Assembly (NCBI RefSeq): GCF_025869515.1
Contig: NZ_JAOZVR010000055.1
Span: forward strand, 389-64,388
Direction of reading: 5' to 3'
Source: Ferrovibrio sp.
GTDB lineage: Bacteria > Pseudomonadota > Alphaproteobacteria > Ferrovibrionales > Ferrovibrionaceae
DNA: 64,000 nt
The notes under the pieces are model-generated. The model was given only the letters and a program-made list of their open reading frames with translations, did not search any database and was not told where the DNA came from. Shown here in pieces: positions 18,024 to 27,668 of the stretch. Each line of letters opens with the position of its first letter. Position 1 is the first letter of the stretch. A program made the translations under genes and the position numbers.

Positions 18024-19037
18024 TCAGCCCGCCGTCGCATACCCCCGCAGCGCCGCGAGGTGCCGCTGCTTCGCCGCCTCGTCAATGAACGCCGCGCGGA
18101 AGCCGTTTTCCGCCAGCGCGACGATCTCGTCGCGGCTCAGATCCAGCGCCTGCTGCACGGCGCTGTAATTCTCGTTCACATAGCCGCCGAAATAGGCCGG
18201 ATCGTCGGAATTCACCGTCGCCACCAGCCCGGCCTGCAGCATGCGGCGCAGCGGATGCTGTTTCATGTCGTCCACCACGCAGAGCCGCAGGTTGGAGAGC
18301 GGGCAGACGGTGAGCGGTATCTTTTCGCGTACCAGCCGCGCCACCAGCGCCGCATCCTCCAGCGACCGGTTGCCGTGGTCGATGCGATCCACTTTCAGCA
18401 GGTCGAGCGCCTCCCACACATAGTCGGGCGGCCCTTCCTCGCCGGCATGGGCGACGGCCTTCAGGCCAAGCTCATGCGCGCGGGCAAACACGTTTTTGAA
18501 TTTCGACGGCGGATGGCCCTTCTCCGACGAGTCGAGGCCGACGCCGATGAAGCGATCACGCCATGCCAGGGATTCTTCCAGCGTGCGCAGCGCGCTGGCT
18601 TCATCCAGATGCCGCAGGAAACACAGGATCATGCCGATGGTCATGCCGAACTGCCGCTCGGCATCCAGCTTCGCCCGCCACAGCCCGTCGATCATGGTTT
18701 TGAACTTCACGCCGCGGTCGGTATGACCCTGCGGATCGAAAAAGATTTCGGCATGCCGCACGGTCTGGGCGGCGGCACGGCGGAAATAGGCCATGGCGAG
18801 GTCGTAAAAATCCTGCTCGGTCAGCAGCACGCCCATGCCCTGGTAATACAGATCGAGGAAATCCTGCAGGTTGCCGAAGCGATAGGCGGCGCGCAGCGCC
18901 TCCACCGAGTCGTACCGGAAGGCAACGCCGTTGCGCTGCGCCAGCGCATACATCAGCTCCGGCTCGAAAGTGCCCTCGATATGGACATGCAGTTCGGCCT
19001 TGGGCAGGCCGGCAATGAAGGCGGACAGATCGGTCAT
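18024..19037 (-). CDS. add: Adenosine/adenine deaminase
   Basis: LPKAELHVHIEG...HAGEEG...RIDHG...VCPLSN...NSDDPAYF. Confidence 0.93.
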   Translation of the reverse strand: MTDLSAFIAGLPKAELHVHIEGTFEPELMYALAQRNGVAFRYDSVEALRAAYRFGNLQDFLDLYYQGMGVLLTEQDFYDLAMAYFRRAAAQTVRHAEIFFDPQGHTDRGVKFKTMIDGLWRAKLDAERQFGMTIGMILCFLRHLDEASALRTLEESLAWRDRFIGVGLDSSEKGHPPSKFKNVFARAHELGLKAVAHAGEEGPPDYVWEALDLLKVDRIDHGNRSLEDAALVARLVREKIPLTVCPLSNLRLCVVDDMKQHPLRRMLQAGLVATVNSDDPAYFGGYVNENYSAVQQALDLSRDEIVALAENGFRAAFIDEAAKQRHLAALRGYATAG

Positions 19038-19126
19038 GGCGGCAAGGGTAGCGCGGGCGGTCCGGCGCGACAATCATCGCCTGCGGCGCTATACTTCCGC
19101 CAAACCCGCAACAGAAGGCGAAAACG

Positions 19127-19696
19127 ATGGTCGAACGCATGCCGCCGGGAACTGCCGCACCGATGCCGCGCCGCACCTGGTGGCTGATCGTGCTGCGCGG
19201 CCTGGCCGCGCTGGGTTTCGGCCTGATCGCGATTTTCTGGCCTGGCATCAGCCTGGCCGCGCTGGTCATGCTGTTCGGCGCCTATGCCCTGCTCGATGGC
19301 GCCATCACGCTGGGCCTGGCCCTGCGGCTGCCTGCCGGTGATCCCGGCCGCGGCATCCTGACGGTCACCGGCATCGCCGGCCTGCTGATCGGTCTGGTCA
19401 GCGTGCTGTGGCCGCAGGTGACGGTGACGCTGCTGATCTACATCCTCGCCGCCTGGCTGGTGCTGTTCGGCCTGATCGCCATCGCGCACAGCCTGCAGAT
19501 GAAAAAACAGGTCGGCGCCTGGCCGCTCAGCCGCGGCGGCATCCTGCTGCTGGTGCTGGGCCTGCTGCTGCTGCTGTTCCCCAATGCGGTGGCGGTGGCG
19601 GCGACCTGGGTGCTGGGCGCGCTGGCGCTGCTGATCGGCGGCGGCCTGCTGGCCTTCGCCTGGCGCCGGCAGCAGCGCGACAGCATGATCCTGTAG
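19127..19696 (+). CDS. HdeD/DUF308 family membrane protein
   Basis: WWLIVLRGLAALGFGLIAIFWPG...LFGAYALLDG; six hydrophobic segments. Confidence 0.88.
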   Translation: MVERMPPGTAAPMPRRTWWLIVLRGLAALGFGLIAIFWPGISLAALVMLFGAYALLDGAITLGLALRLPAGDPGRGILTVTGIAGLLIGLVSVLWPQVTVTLLIYILAAWLVLFGLIAIAHSLQMKKQVGAWPLSRGGILLLVLGLLLLLFPNAVAVAATWVLGALALLIGGGLLAFAWRRQQRDSMIL

Positions 19697-19703
19697 GCCG
19701 CCG

Positions 19704-21209
19704 TTACGCCAGCGGCAGCCCGAGCGTCACGATAAAGCCGCCGCCGCGCCGGTTGGCGGCCTCGATGGTGCCGCCGACCGATTCCATGTTGCGCTTGGCC
19801 ACCCACAGGCCGAGGCCGAAATTGGCCGGCGCGGCGGCGCCAGGGTCGCTGCGGCTGCGATCGCGGAACGAGACGTGGCGGTCGAAAATATGCGGCATCA
19901 GGGCGGCTTCCACGCCCGGCCCGTTATCGGCCACCACGATCAGCACGCGCCGCGTGCCCCGATGCAGCGTCACCGTCACGTTACTGCCGGCCGGCGCATA
20001 GCTCAGCGCATTCTCGATCACCTGGCCCAGCGCATCGGCGATCAGCCGGCCGCCGAGCGGCGCGCTGGCTTCCGATTCGATGGAGGTGCGCAGGGTGACG
20101 TTGCGGGTGGCCGCATCGGCGGCATAGGCATCCACCACATCCTCGACCAGGGCGCCGAGATCGACCTTTTCGCGCGGCGGATCGAGCCGGTCTGCCACCG
20201 CATCGTCCAGGTTGCGGGCCGCGCGCACCAGGGTGTCGAGCTTCTCCAGCGCGCCATCCACGGCCATCAAGGCCTGCTGGCTGCGTTTGTCGTCGCCGGC
20301 GACACGGCTGCGCAGCGGCACCATCGCCTGGCGGATGGTGCCGAGCGGCGTCTTGAAGGCATGGGCGCTTTCCTCGGCGGCGGCACGCAGCTCGCTGGCG
20401 GTGGCGCGTAAGGAATCCTCCATGCGGTCGAAGGCATTGGCCACCGGTTCCAGCTCCGGGATCTGGTTGCGCTGCGCGAACCGCCCCTCGATGCGGCGCT
20501 CGGCCACGGCGCGCGCCGTGGCGGCGAAGCGGCGCAGGCCATGGGCGATGTCGAAGGCGATCACCAGCACCACGGCGGCGAAGATCAGATAGATGGCGGC
20601 CGCCACCTGCACTTCAGGGGCATGCCAGTAGGGCTGGCCGAGCCGCTGTTCGGCCGCATCGGTCAGATTGCTGGAGATCACCAGCACCCAGCAGCCGCGC
20701 GCCGTGCGCACCGGGGTGAGCGAGGTGATCAGTTCCGCCACCCGGTCGGCGCGTTCGACGCGCAGGGCCAGCGGCAGGTCGCCGGCGCAGGATTCGCCGA
20801 GCTGCGCCAGCACGCCGGTGGCTTCCAGCCGGGCGCGCTCGTCTTCCAGATCGGCCGGCTGCACCGGCGGCGCCGAGGCGACATACAGGAAGCCGGCCTC
20901 GGGCGCGCTTTCATGCGGCCTGAACAGCAGACGCAGGCTCACGCCCTCGGTCTGGAAGCGCGCCAGTTCCTCGCCCAGGCGGAACAGCGGGATCATGTCG
21001 GCGCGCTGCAGCCGTTCTTCCAGCACGCGGCCGACGGTCAGTCCCTTGACGCGAATGCTTTCCAGCAGCAGGCGCTGGCGATCCAGATCGGCCTGCCGGA
21101 AGGTGAGATAGAGCACCACCGGCAGGGCAATGAACAGCGCCAGCACGATCAGCGCGCGGGCGGTCAGCGACCGCCAGACCCGATGCAGCTGCGTGGCGGT
21201 ATCAGCCAT
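19704..21209 (-). CDS. Membrane sensor histidine kinase, ChvG-like
   Basis: Two TM segments, HAMP region, AHAFKTPL, ENALSYA, DNGPGV, FGLGL. Confidence 0.9.
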   Translation of the reverse strand: MADTATQLHRVWRSLTARALIVLALFIALPVVLYLTFRQADLDRQRLLLESIRVKGLTVGRVLEERLQRADMIPLFRLGEELARFQTEGVSLRLLFRPHESAPEAGFLYVASAPPVQPADLEDERARLEATGVLAQLGESCAGDLPLALRVERADRVAELITSLTPVRTARGCWVLVISSNLTDAAEQRLGQPYWHAPEVQVAAAIYLIFAAVVLVIAFDIAHGLRRFAATARAVAERRIEGRFAQRNQIPELEPVANAFDRMEDSLRATASELRAAAEESAHAFKTPLGTIRQAMVPLRSRVAGDDKRSQQALMAVDGALEKLDTLVRAARNLDDAVADRLDPPREKVDLGALVEDVVDAYAADAATRNVTLRTSIESEASAPLGGRLIADALGQVIENALSYAPAGSNVTVTLHRGTRRVLIVVADNGPGVEAALMPHIFDRHVSFRDRSRSDPGAAAPANFGLGLWVAKRNMESVGGTIEAANRRGGGFIVTLGLPLA

Positions 21210-21927
21210 GGCGCCAGCGATAGCCGAAGCCGGGATAGGTTTCGATCGCATCGAATTCCGGATCGAGATCGCGGAATTTCTGACGGATGCGCTTCACCAT
21301 GGCGCGCACATTGGCGCGATAACCCTCGGGCCCCTGACCGGCCTCGAAGCCGACGCCGCGCACGGCATCGTAGATCTCGCGATAGCCGACATCGCGGCCG
21401 GCACGCTGCGCCAGCAGCTGCACCACCTTGAATTCGCCATGCGTGAGATCGACCTGGGCGTTGTTCCAGGCGGCGCGCGCACTGGCGACATCCAGCACCA
21501 GACCGCCCTCGACCGAGACAGCCGTGGTTTCGCCGGTCGCCGGCGCCTTGGCTGCCAGCGCGATCCGCAACCGCTGCAGGATGATGGCGAAGCTCTTGCT
21601 CTTGTCGACGAAATCGACGGCACCCAGCTTCAGTCCTTTCTCCTCGAAAATCGGCTGGTTCAGGCCGGTGAGAAAGATCACCGGCAGCGCATGGCCGGCG
21701 GCGCGCAGCTGTTCCAGCGTGGTTGGCCCGTCCTGCACCGGCATCTGCCAGTCGAGCAGCAGGGCCGCCGAACGGTTGCCCTTGGCAAACCAGTCGACCA
21801 GCGCGGGGCCGTTATCGAAGGTGATGGCGCGATATCCGGCCTCGCGCAGGTTGGCCGAGATGGTATCGCGAAACAGGGTGTCGTCATCGACGACGGCGAT
21901 TAACAGGGTGTCAGCGGCGGCTGGCAT
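21202..21927 (-). CDS. OmpR-family response regulator, ChvI-like
   Basis: VVDDD, LLDWQMP, VIFLTG, GAVDFVDK, LTHGEF, IETYPGFGYRW. Confidence 0.92.
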   Translation of the reverse strand: MPAAADTLLIAVVDDDTLFRDTISANLREAGYRAITFDNGPALVDWFAKGNRSAALLLDWQMPVQDGPTTLEQLRAAGHALPVIFLTGLNQPIFEEKGLKLGAVDFVDKSKSFAIILQRLRIALAAKAPATGETTAVSVEGGLVLDVASARAAWNNAQVDLTHGEFKVVQLLAQRAGRDVGYREIYDAVRGVGFEAGQGPEGYRANVRAMVKRIRQKFRDLDPEFDAIETYPGFGYRWRHG

Positions 21928-22411
21928 CGCGGGCGATCCTTGAAAGGCAGCGGTCGACGGCATCATGCGGCGCGGGCAGGCCGTTGACCTCATACTGCAG
22001 GGCATAGAAATCATTGCGGGCGGTGTCGAAATACAGATAGGCGGCCAGACGGCAGTCGTCCTTGCCGAATTCCATCACGCGCGCCGGCGCGGCTTCGCGC
22101 TCGGCGACCGGCAGACCGAAATGCTGGATCAGGCCATCGCGGTTGAGTCCGACGACCACGGGCGGGCGCGGCATCTGTTCTGCAGCAGGCGGCGGCGCCA
22201 CCACGGCTGCGGACTGCGCCGGCTTGCGCGTCGGCAGCGGCGCCGGGCGCGGCGGTGCAGGATCTGCGACGGGCGCGGGCGTCACCGGCTCCTGTCTTGC
22301 CGGCGGCGGTGCCGGCGCGGGCGATGACAGGCGCAGCATTTCGCAGCCACCCAGTATGACGGGCAGCGTCAGGGCAGCCAGGGCGAAAAGTCGGCGGGCG
22401 CGAGTCGACAT
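21911..22411 (-). CDS. Pro-rich lipoprotein of unknown function
   Basis: Signal peptide with LGGC lipobox, Pro/Ala linker, small C-terminal domain with two Cys; 3' end overlaps the response regulator start. Confidence 0.75.
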   Translation of the reverse strand: MSTRARRLFALAALTLPVILGGCEMLRLSSPAPAPPPARQEPVTPAPVADPAPPRPAPLPTRKPAQSAAVVAPPPAAEQMPRPPVVVGLNRDGLIQHFGLPVAEREAAPARVMEFGKDDCRLAAYLYFDTARNDFYALQYEVNGLPAPHDAVDRCLSRIARDASRR

Positions 22412-22530
22412 GCCCCGAGACGATACGCAAGGCCGGCGAGGTGTAAAAGACACAGCGAATCTCGAATTCTCAATATTTGAGTCATTTCAATACAACTACC
22501 GCTACAAGCAAAGTAAAGGTGATAGTAATT

Positions 22531-22571
22531 CCTGTGACAAGCCTGTGATGCAAACGGGATATACTTGTGAT
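22531..22571 (-). promoter_or_regulatory. 11-bp-phased direct repeats, OmpR/PhoB-type binding array (candidate)
   Basis: Plus strand TGTGAC 22533, TGTGAT 22544, CGGGAT 22555, TGTGAT 22566. Confidence 0.45.
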
Positions 22572-22735
22572 CGCTGCAATAAAACCGGGATGCAGACAAA
22601 TACTCATTGCCGAATACATCCGGATTGCCAATTGTTGGGGGCGAAGCAGAAGGTCTCCCGCCTCCCCAGACATGATCGCCGGATAATCCGGCAGGGCGCG
22701 GAAATCACTGCCGAGCACTGGAGACGGAGGATCCG

Positions 22736-22972
22736 ATGAAAAACTCGACGATCGTCGCCCTGGCGCTGACAGGTTTGGTTGCAATGGGCTGCAGCAATAT
22801 GAACAACACGCAGCAACGCGCTGTGTCGGGTGGTGCCATCGGCGCCGCGGCCGGCGCGGGTGTCGGTTTATTGACCGGCCATACGGTCGCAGGCGCACTG
22901 ATCGGTGCGGCCGCGGGTACGGCCGGCGGTCTGATCGTTGACTCGAACGAGAAGAGCAACGGCCGGAAATAG
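22736..22972 (+). CDS. Small glycine-zipper lipoprotein, OsmB/YMGG-like
   Basis: AMGC lipobox, GGAIGAAAGAGVG...GALIGAAAGTAGG; GGAGG SD. Confidence 0.85.
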   Translation: MKNSTIVALALTGLVAMGCSNMNNTQQRAVSGGAIGAAAGAGVGLLTGHTVAGALIGAAAGTAGGLIVDSNEKSNGRK

Positions 22973-23016
22973 CTGGTTTGTGAGTTAACACGTTGAGTTT
23001 AGCGGAGCGGCGCGTC

Positions 23017-23595
23017 ATGCCTGCCTCAACCCCGTGGTGGAGCACCCCCTCCACTGCCGCGCCGCGGCCCGGTCGCCGACCCACCCTCGGCCTGGCCGCT
23101 GCCATCGTCGCCTCGGTGTTCTCCGGGGCGACGATGGCTGATCCGCTAAAAGTATCGCCCGGCGGCGCTCAGGCGGTGAGCGCGACAGGGATACCCGCCA
23201 AAATGCCGCCTGCCAAAATGCCGTATGCCACCTATGCGGCGCCTTACGGGATCGATCGCGGAACCTGCGATCGCAGTCAGCTGGCCCGCAGGTCGGACGG
23301 CAACCCGGCTGCCCTGATCGGGGCGCGGATCGGCCACAGCATGGACCGCATCGACCAGGCCTGCGTGGCACGTATCCTGGAATTCGCGCCTGACCGCGCC
23401 GCCGTGCGCTGGTTCGGTGCACCGAGAATGGATTATGGCGGCCCGGCTTTTGCCGTCACGCCGCTGCGCACTTTCGAGCGGGATGGAAAATACTGCCGCG
23501 AATACCAGGCCCTCGCCACGATCGGCGGACAGGACGAACAGGGTTACGGAATTGCCTGCCGCATGACCGACGGCGTCTGGCAGACTCCGGGCTGA
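23017..23595 (+). CDS. 17-kDa surface antigen (RT0821/Lpp0805)-like protein
   Basis: YGIDRGTCDRS...IGARIGHSMDRIDQACV..LE...YCREYQ...IGG...YGIACR.TDG.WQ. Start uncertain. Confidence 0.8.
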   Translation: MPASTPWWSTPSTAAPRPGRRPTLGLAAAIVASVFSGATMADPLKVSPGGAQAVSATGIPAKMPPAKMPYATYAAPYGIDRGTCDRSQLARRSDGNPAALIGARIGHSMDRIDQACVARILEFAPDRAAVRWFGAPRMDYGGPAFAVTPLRTFERDGKYCREYQALATIGGQDEQGYGIACRMTDGVWQTPG

Positions 23596-23714
23596 GGCCA
23601 TGACGGCCGTCACCATGACGGCCATCACAGTGCCGCCACGCAGGATTTGTGCCGTCTGGCCGTGACTGACTTCGAGACAACATTCACCTCGCCCGCAGGA
23701 AAACGGAGGCGATT

Positions 23715-23897
23715 ATGCTGACCAACACTTTGCTGCTTTACATGACCCAGGAAGCGCTGGCCAAGGCGCGCGCCCGGCTGATCCCCCGCAAGGACGAAAC
23801 CAGCGCCGACCACGCGCGCCACATGGCGCCGGTGCAGCCGGCCTGGCAGCTGGCGCGCCGGCAGGCCGCGAAGCTGCGCGCACCCCTGCGACACTGA
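23715..23897 (+). CDS. 60-aa basic hypothetical protein
   Basis: GGAGG SD 5 bp before the ATG, typical codon use, followed by a terminator. Confidence 0.55.
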   Translation: MLTNTLLLYMTQEALAKARARLIPRKDETSADHARHMAPVQPAWQLARRQAAKLRAPLRH

Positions 23898-23920
23898 CAC
23901 AGGACCTGATCCCGTACCCG

Positions 23921-23946
23921 AACAGCCCGCCAATCGGCGGGCTGTT
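23921..23946. terminator. Intrinsic, probably bidirectional terminator
   Basis: AACAGCCCGCC-AATC-GGCGGGCTGTT followed by TCTTT, between convergent genes. Confidence 0.85.
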
Positions 23947-23959
23947 TCTTTATATGGAC

Positions 23960-24769
23960 CTAAACCAGCAGTTTGCGGATGCGGGCCGACAGGATGTCCA
24001 CCATGCCGACCAGCAGGATGATCATGATCATCACCGCGCAGGTCTGATCGAACTGGAAACCCCGGATCACTTCCCACAGCACCACACCGATGCCGCCGGC
24101 ACCGACCATGCCGACCACGGTGGCCGATCGCAGGTTCGATTCGAAGCGATACAGCGAATAGGAAACCCAGAGCGGCATCACCTGCGGGATCACACCGTAG
24201 ACGATCTCTTCCAGCACATTGGCGCCGGTGGCGCGGATACCTTCCACCGGCTGCGGATCGATCGCCTCGACGGCCTCGGAAAACAGCTTGGCCAGCACGC
24301 CCGTGGTATGCAGCCACAATGCCATCACGCCGGCGAAAGGTCCGAGACCGACCACCACCACGAACAGCATGGCAAAAACCATTTCGTTGATCGAGCGCAG
24401 GGAGTCCAGCACACGGCGCACTGGCTGGTGAACCCAGATCGGCGCGATATTGGCCGAGGCCAGCAGGCTGAGCGGAACGGCGCAGACAATCGCCAGCAAC
24501 GTGCCCCACAGCGCAATATGCAGGGTGACGATCAGTTCGCTTAAATAGTAGCGCCAGTCATGGAAATCGGGCGGAAAGAAATCCCGCACGAAAGTCGCCA
24601 TGTTGCCGGCATCGCTGATCAGCCTGAGCGGTGCGATCTCGGCACCGTTATAGGACCAGACAAGCAGGGCGGCGATCAGGCCATAGATCAGCGTGCGGCC
24701 CAGCGAGGTTTTCAGGCCGGGCTTGGGCGGATGGATCGGCAGATCGCGGATGGTGGCGGTGGCTGACAT
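23960..24769 (-). CDS. phnE: Phosphonate ABC transporter permease
   Basis: RSINEMVFA...GLGPFAG...KLFSEAVE...[14 protein letters not shown]. Confidence 0.95.
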   Translation of the reverse strand: MSATATIRDLPIHPPKPGLKTSLGRTLIYGLIAALLVWSYNGAEIAPLRLISDAGNMATFVRDFFPPDFHDWRYYLSELIVTLHIALWGTLLAIVCAVPLSLLASANIAPIWVHQPVRRVLDSLRSINEMVFAMLFVVVVGLGPFAGVMALWLHTTGVLAKLFSEAVEAIDPQPVEGIRATGANVLEEIVYGVIPQVMPLWVSYSLYRFESNLRSATVVGMVGAGGIGVVLWEVIRGFQFDQTCAVMIMIILLVGMVDILSARIRKLLV

Positions 24770-24828
24770 GACTGACCTCACGGGGAAATGGGAACGGGGC
24801 GGCCTGATCTGGCCGCCCCGCGAAGCAT

Positions 24829-25836
24829 TTACGAACCCATCTGCTTGTTGAGATCGGCCAGCTTGGCGTCGATCTCGGCGATCTTCTTCGCCTTCTCGTC
24901 GGCCGCCATGTTGGCGTCGCCTTCCAGCTTGATCTTGTCGCGGAACAGGGCGAGCTGGCGGATCGGCACGAGTTGCTTGTTGCTCGATTCCTTGAACGCG
25001 CCCCACTGCAGGTCGACCAGTACCTTGGTTTCCTTGGCCAGCTGATCGGCGCTCTTGCCGGACTGCTGGGTGCCGTAGGTCATGAAGAAGGTCTTGATGA
25101 TCTTCTTGTCCTCGGCGCTCAGATCCTTGCGCCAGACAATCGGGTCGGACGGGATCAGCGGCGACTTCCAGATCGCCTTCAGCTCGGCCGCCTTGGCAGG
25201 CTGGGTCTTCTGGAGACGTTCCAGATTCTCGGTATTGTTGGTGGCGACATCGACCTGCTTGTTGGCCACGGCCAGGGCATTCACTTCATGGCTTCCGGTC
25301 ACCATGCGGGTGAAATGCTTGCGCGGGTCGATATTGTTCTGGCCGAACACATAGAAGCTCGGCACCAGGAAACCCGAGGTCGAATTCGGATCGCCGTTGC
25401 CGAAGGTATACTTGCCCGGCGCGGCGAGCAGATCTTTCAGCGAGGTCAGCGGGCTGTCCTTATGCACCAGCAGCAGTGACCAGTAGCCCGGCGAGCCGTC
25501 CTTGGCCGTGGTCTGCACGAAGACCTCGCCATCGGCGCGGTCAACCGCCTGGATGGCGGAGGCATTGCCGTACCAGGCGATCTGCACCTTGTTGAAGCGC
25601 ATGCCTTCGATGACGCCGGCATAGTCAGGCGCGAAGAAGGCATTGATCTTCTTGCCGGTCTGCTTGGCCATGTCGGCCAGGAATGGTTCCCAGATGGTCT
25701 TGAGATTCGAGCTCGACTCGGTCGAGATGATGCCGAAGTTGATTTCCTTCAGCGTCTGCGCCTGAACGGCGCCGGCGCCGGCCAGCGCCACGGCTGCGAC
25801 GGCGGCGTTGATGAAAGTGCGACGAAGCATGGTCAA
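24829..25836 (-). CDS. phnD: Phosphonate ABC transporter substrate-binding protein
   Basis: FGIISTESS...[11 protein letters not shown]...GDPNSTSG...GSHE...IPSDPIVWR. Confidence 0.95.
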   Translation of the reverse strand: MTMLRRTFINAAVAAVALAGAGAVQAQTLKEINFGIISTESSSNLKTIWEPFLADMAKQTGKKINAFFAPDYAGVIEGMRFNKVQIAWYGNASAIQAVDRADGEVFVQTTAKDGSPGYWSLLLVHKDSPLTSLKDLLAAPGKYTFGNGDPNSTSGFLVPSFYVFGQNNIDPRKHFTRMVTGSHEVNALAVANKQVDVATNNTENLERLQKTQPAKAAELKAIWKSPLIPSDPIVWRKDLSAEDKKIIKTFFMTYGTQQSGKSADQLAKETKVLVDLQWGAFKESSNKQLVPIRQLALFRDKIKLEGDANMAADEKAKKIAEIDAKLADLNKQMGS

Positions 25837-25872
25837 TCTCCCGATTGGTTATGAACGAGGGGTCTTGTGACG

Positions 25873-26787
25873 TCAGGCCAGCAGGCGCTGCATCCGCGGC
25901 ACGGCGCGCTGGCCGGGCTGCTGAGAGGCCGCCGGTTCGTTGTCGTCGGCCGGCTCCGGCAGGACAGGGTCAGGCAGATTGCCCTCGCCGAGATTGACCT
26001 CGCCGAGACTGCCGAAATCGAGATCGGTCTGTTCGCCGTAGATGCCCCTGAGAAGCGCGGCGGTTACGGCGGCGGCCGGGCCGTCATACATCACCCGGCC
26101 ATCGCGCAGGGCGACCACGCGGCTGCAGTATTTCAGCGCGAAATCCACCTGGTGCAGCGACACCACGACGGTGACGCCATCGGTGCGGTTGATATCGGCC
26201 AGCGCCGCCATGACGCGGCGCGAGGATTCCGGATCGAGCGAGGCAATCGGCTCATCGGCCAGGATCACCCTGGCCTCCTGCACCAGCGCACGGGCAATGG
26301 CGGCGCGCTGCTGCTGGCCGCCCGACAATGTCGAGGCGCGCTGGAAGGCGCAGGGCGCGATGCCGACACGATCCAGCGCCGTGACGGCAAGCCGGCGCTG
26401 TTCGTCGGTGAACAGCTTCAGCATGGTGCGCCACAGCGGCATGCGGCCGAGATTGCCGGCCAGCACATTGGTCAGCACCGACATGCGGCCGACCAGGTTG
26501 AACTGCTGGAAGATGAAGCCGATGCCGGCGCGGGTCTGGCGGATGCCCTTGCCGATGCGGCCGGCGGCCTGCACCATGCGGCCGTCGACGGCGATCTGCG
26601 ACTTGGCATCGCGGTCGCCCGGCATCAGGCCGGCGATATGGCGCAGCAGGGTGGATTTCCCCGAGCCCGACGCCCCGATCAGGGCGACGATCTCGCCGGA
26701 CTGGATGGTGAGGCTGACGTTATCGAGCGCGCGCTTGCCCGTCTTGAAGGTTTTCGATAGATGGGCGATCTCGATGGCGGCGCGCAT
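25873..26787 (-). CDS. phnC: Phosphonate ABC transporter ATPase
   Basis: GASGSGKS Walker [29 protein letters not shown]. Confidence 0.95.
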   Translation of the reverse strand: MRAAIEIAHLSKTFKTGKRALDNVSLTIQSGEIVALIGASGSGKSTLLRHIAGLMPGDRDAKSQIAVDGRMVQAAGRIGKGIRQTRAGIGFIFQQFNLVGRMSVLTNVLAGNLGRMPLWRTMLKLFTDEQRRLAVTALDRVGIAPCAFQRASTLSGGQQQRAAIARALVQEARVILADEPIASLDPESSRRVMAALADINRTDGVTVVVSLHQVDFALKYCSRVVALRDGRVMYDGPAAAVTAALLRGIYGEQTDLDFGSLGEVNLGEGNLPDPVLPEPADDNEPAASQQPGQRAVPRMQRLLA

Positions 26788-26836
26788 GCGATTCCCCTCT
26801 GTTTCCGCGATACGGAAGGGGCTATAGCAACGCCGG

Positions 26837-26876
26837 ATGACAGTTCGATTGCAGTTCGGCGACGGCGCGGTGAAAT
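26837..26876 (-). promoter_or_regulatory. Pho box array of four half-sites at 11-bp period upstream of phnC
   Basis: Minus-strand half-sites ATTTCAC, CCGTCGC, CTGCAAT, CTGTCAT; CTATAG -10-like element about 10 bp downstream. Confidence 0.75.
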
Positions 26877-26928
26877 CCCCCCGCGCGTTAACCGGGCATC
26901 AAGTTACCCACAGGACCACCTGCGCATT

Positions 26929-26979
26929 CATCTAGGACAGTTTGGCATCTAGGACAGCTTGGCATCTAGGACAGCATGG
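26929..26979 (+). repeat. Three tandem copies of a 17-bp unit CATCTAGGACAG(T/C)(T/A)TGG
   Basis: Units at 26929, 26946 and 26963; the third contains the DUF1045 ATG. Confidence 0.95.
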
Positions 26980-27668
26980 CACCCCGTTTCGCCCTCTACA
27001 CCGCTCCGCCGGCCGAACACCCGCTGCACCGCTTCGCCGCGCAATGGCTCGGCCGGGATCCGGAAACCGGCGTGGCCCTGCCGCCGCAGCCTGCCGCAGG
27101 CCTGGCCGCCGCGCGGATTGCCGCGCTGACGGCCGAGCCACGCCAGTACGGTTTCCACGGCACGCTGAAACCGCCCTTCTTCCTGGCCGAGGGGTGTGAC
27201 GAGGCGCAGCTGATCGTCGCGCTGGAGCGCTTTGTACAAACGCGCAAGCCGCTGCGCCTGCCGCTGAAGATGGCGACGCTGGGCAGCTTCCTAGCCCTGC
27301 GCCCGGCGACCGCGATGCCGGCACTGGATCAGCTGGCCGCCGACTGCGTATGCGATTTCGACCGGTTCCGCGCGCCGTCATCGGAGCAGGAGCTGGCGCG
27401 CCGCCGCGCCGCCGGCCTGAGCGAACGGCAGGAACAGTATCTGCGCGACTGGGGCTACCCTTACGTGCTGGAGGAATTCCGCCTGCATTTCACGCTGACC
27501 GGTCGCATCGCGGACGAGGCCGAGCGGGCGGCGGTGCTGGCATACCTGACCGAGCAGACCGCGCCCTTCACGCAGAGGGAGTTCGAACTGAACGAACTCT
27601 GCCTGTTCGTGCAGGGCGAACCCGGCGCGCCCTTCCGCATTGCGGGACGGTATCGTTTCGGCGGCTAG
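26976..27668 (+). CDS. DUF1045 phosphonate-metabolism protein, 2H-phosphoesterase-like
   Basis: RFALY...YGFHGTLKPPF...GYPYV.EEFRLHFTLTG; two HxT motifs. Confidence 0.9.
   Translation: MAPRFALYTAPPAEHPLHRFAAQWLGRDPETGVALPPQPAAGLAAARIAALTAEPRQYGFHGTLKPPFFLAEGCDEAQLIVALERFVQTRKPLRLPLKMATLGSFLALRPATAMPALDQLAADCVCDFDRFRAPSSEQELARRRAAGLSERQEQYLRDWGYPYVLEEFRLHFTLTGRIADEAERAAVLAYLTEQTAPFTQREFELNELCLFVQGEPGAPFRIAGRYRFGG

Noticed and set aside
19038-19126. Purine riboswitch upstream of add or the purine-catabolic genes
   Set aside because: The intergenic regions are short and show no recognisable aptamer consensus.
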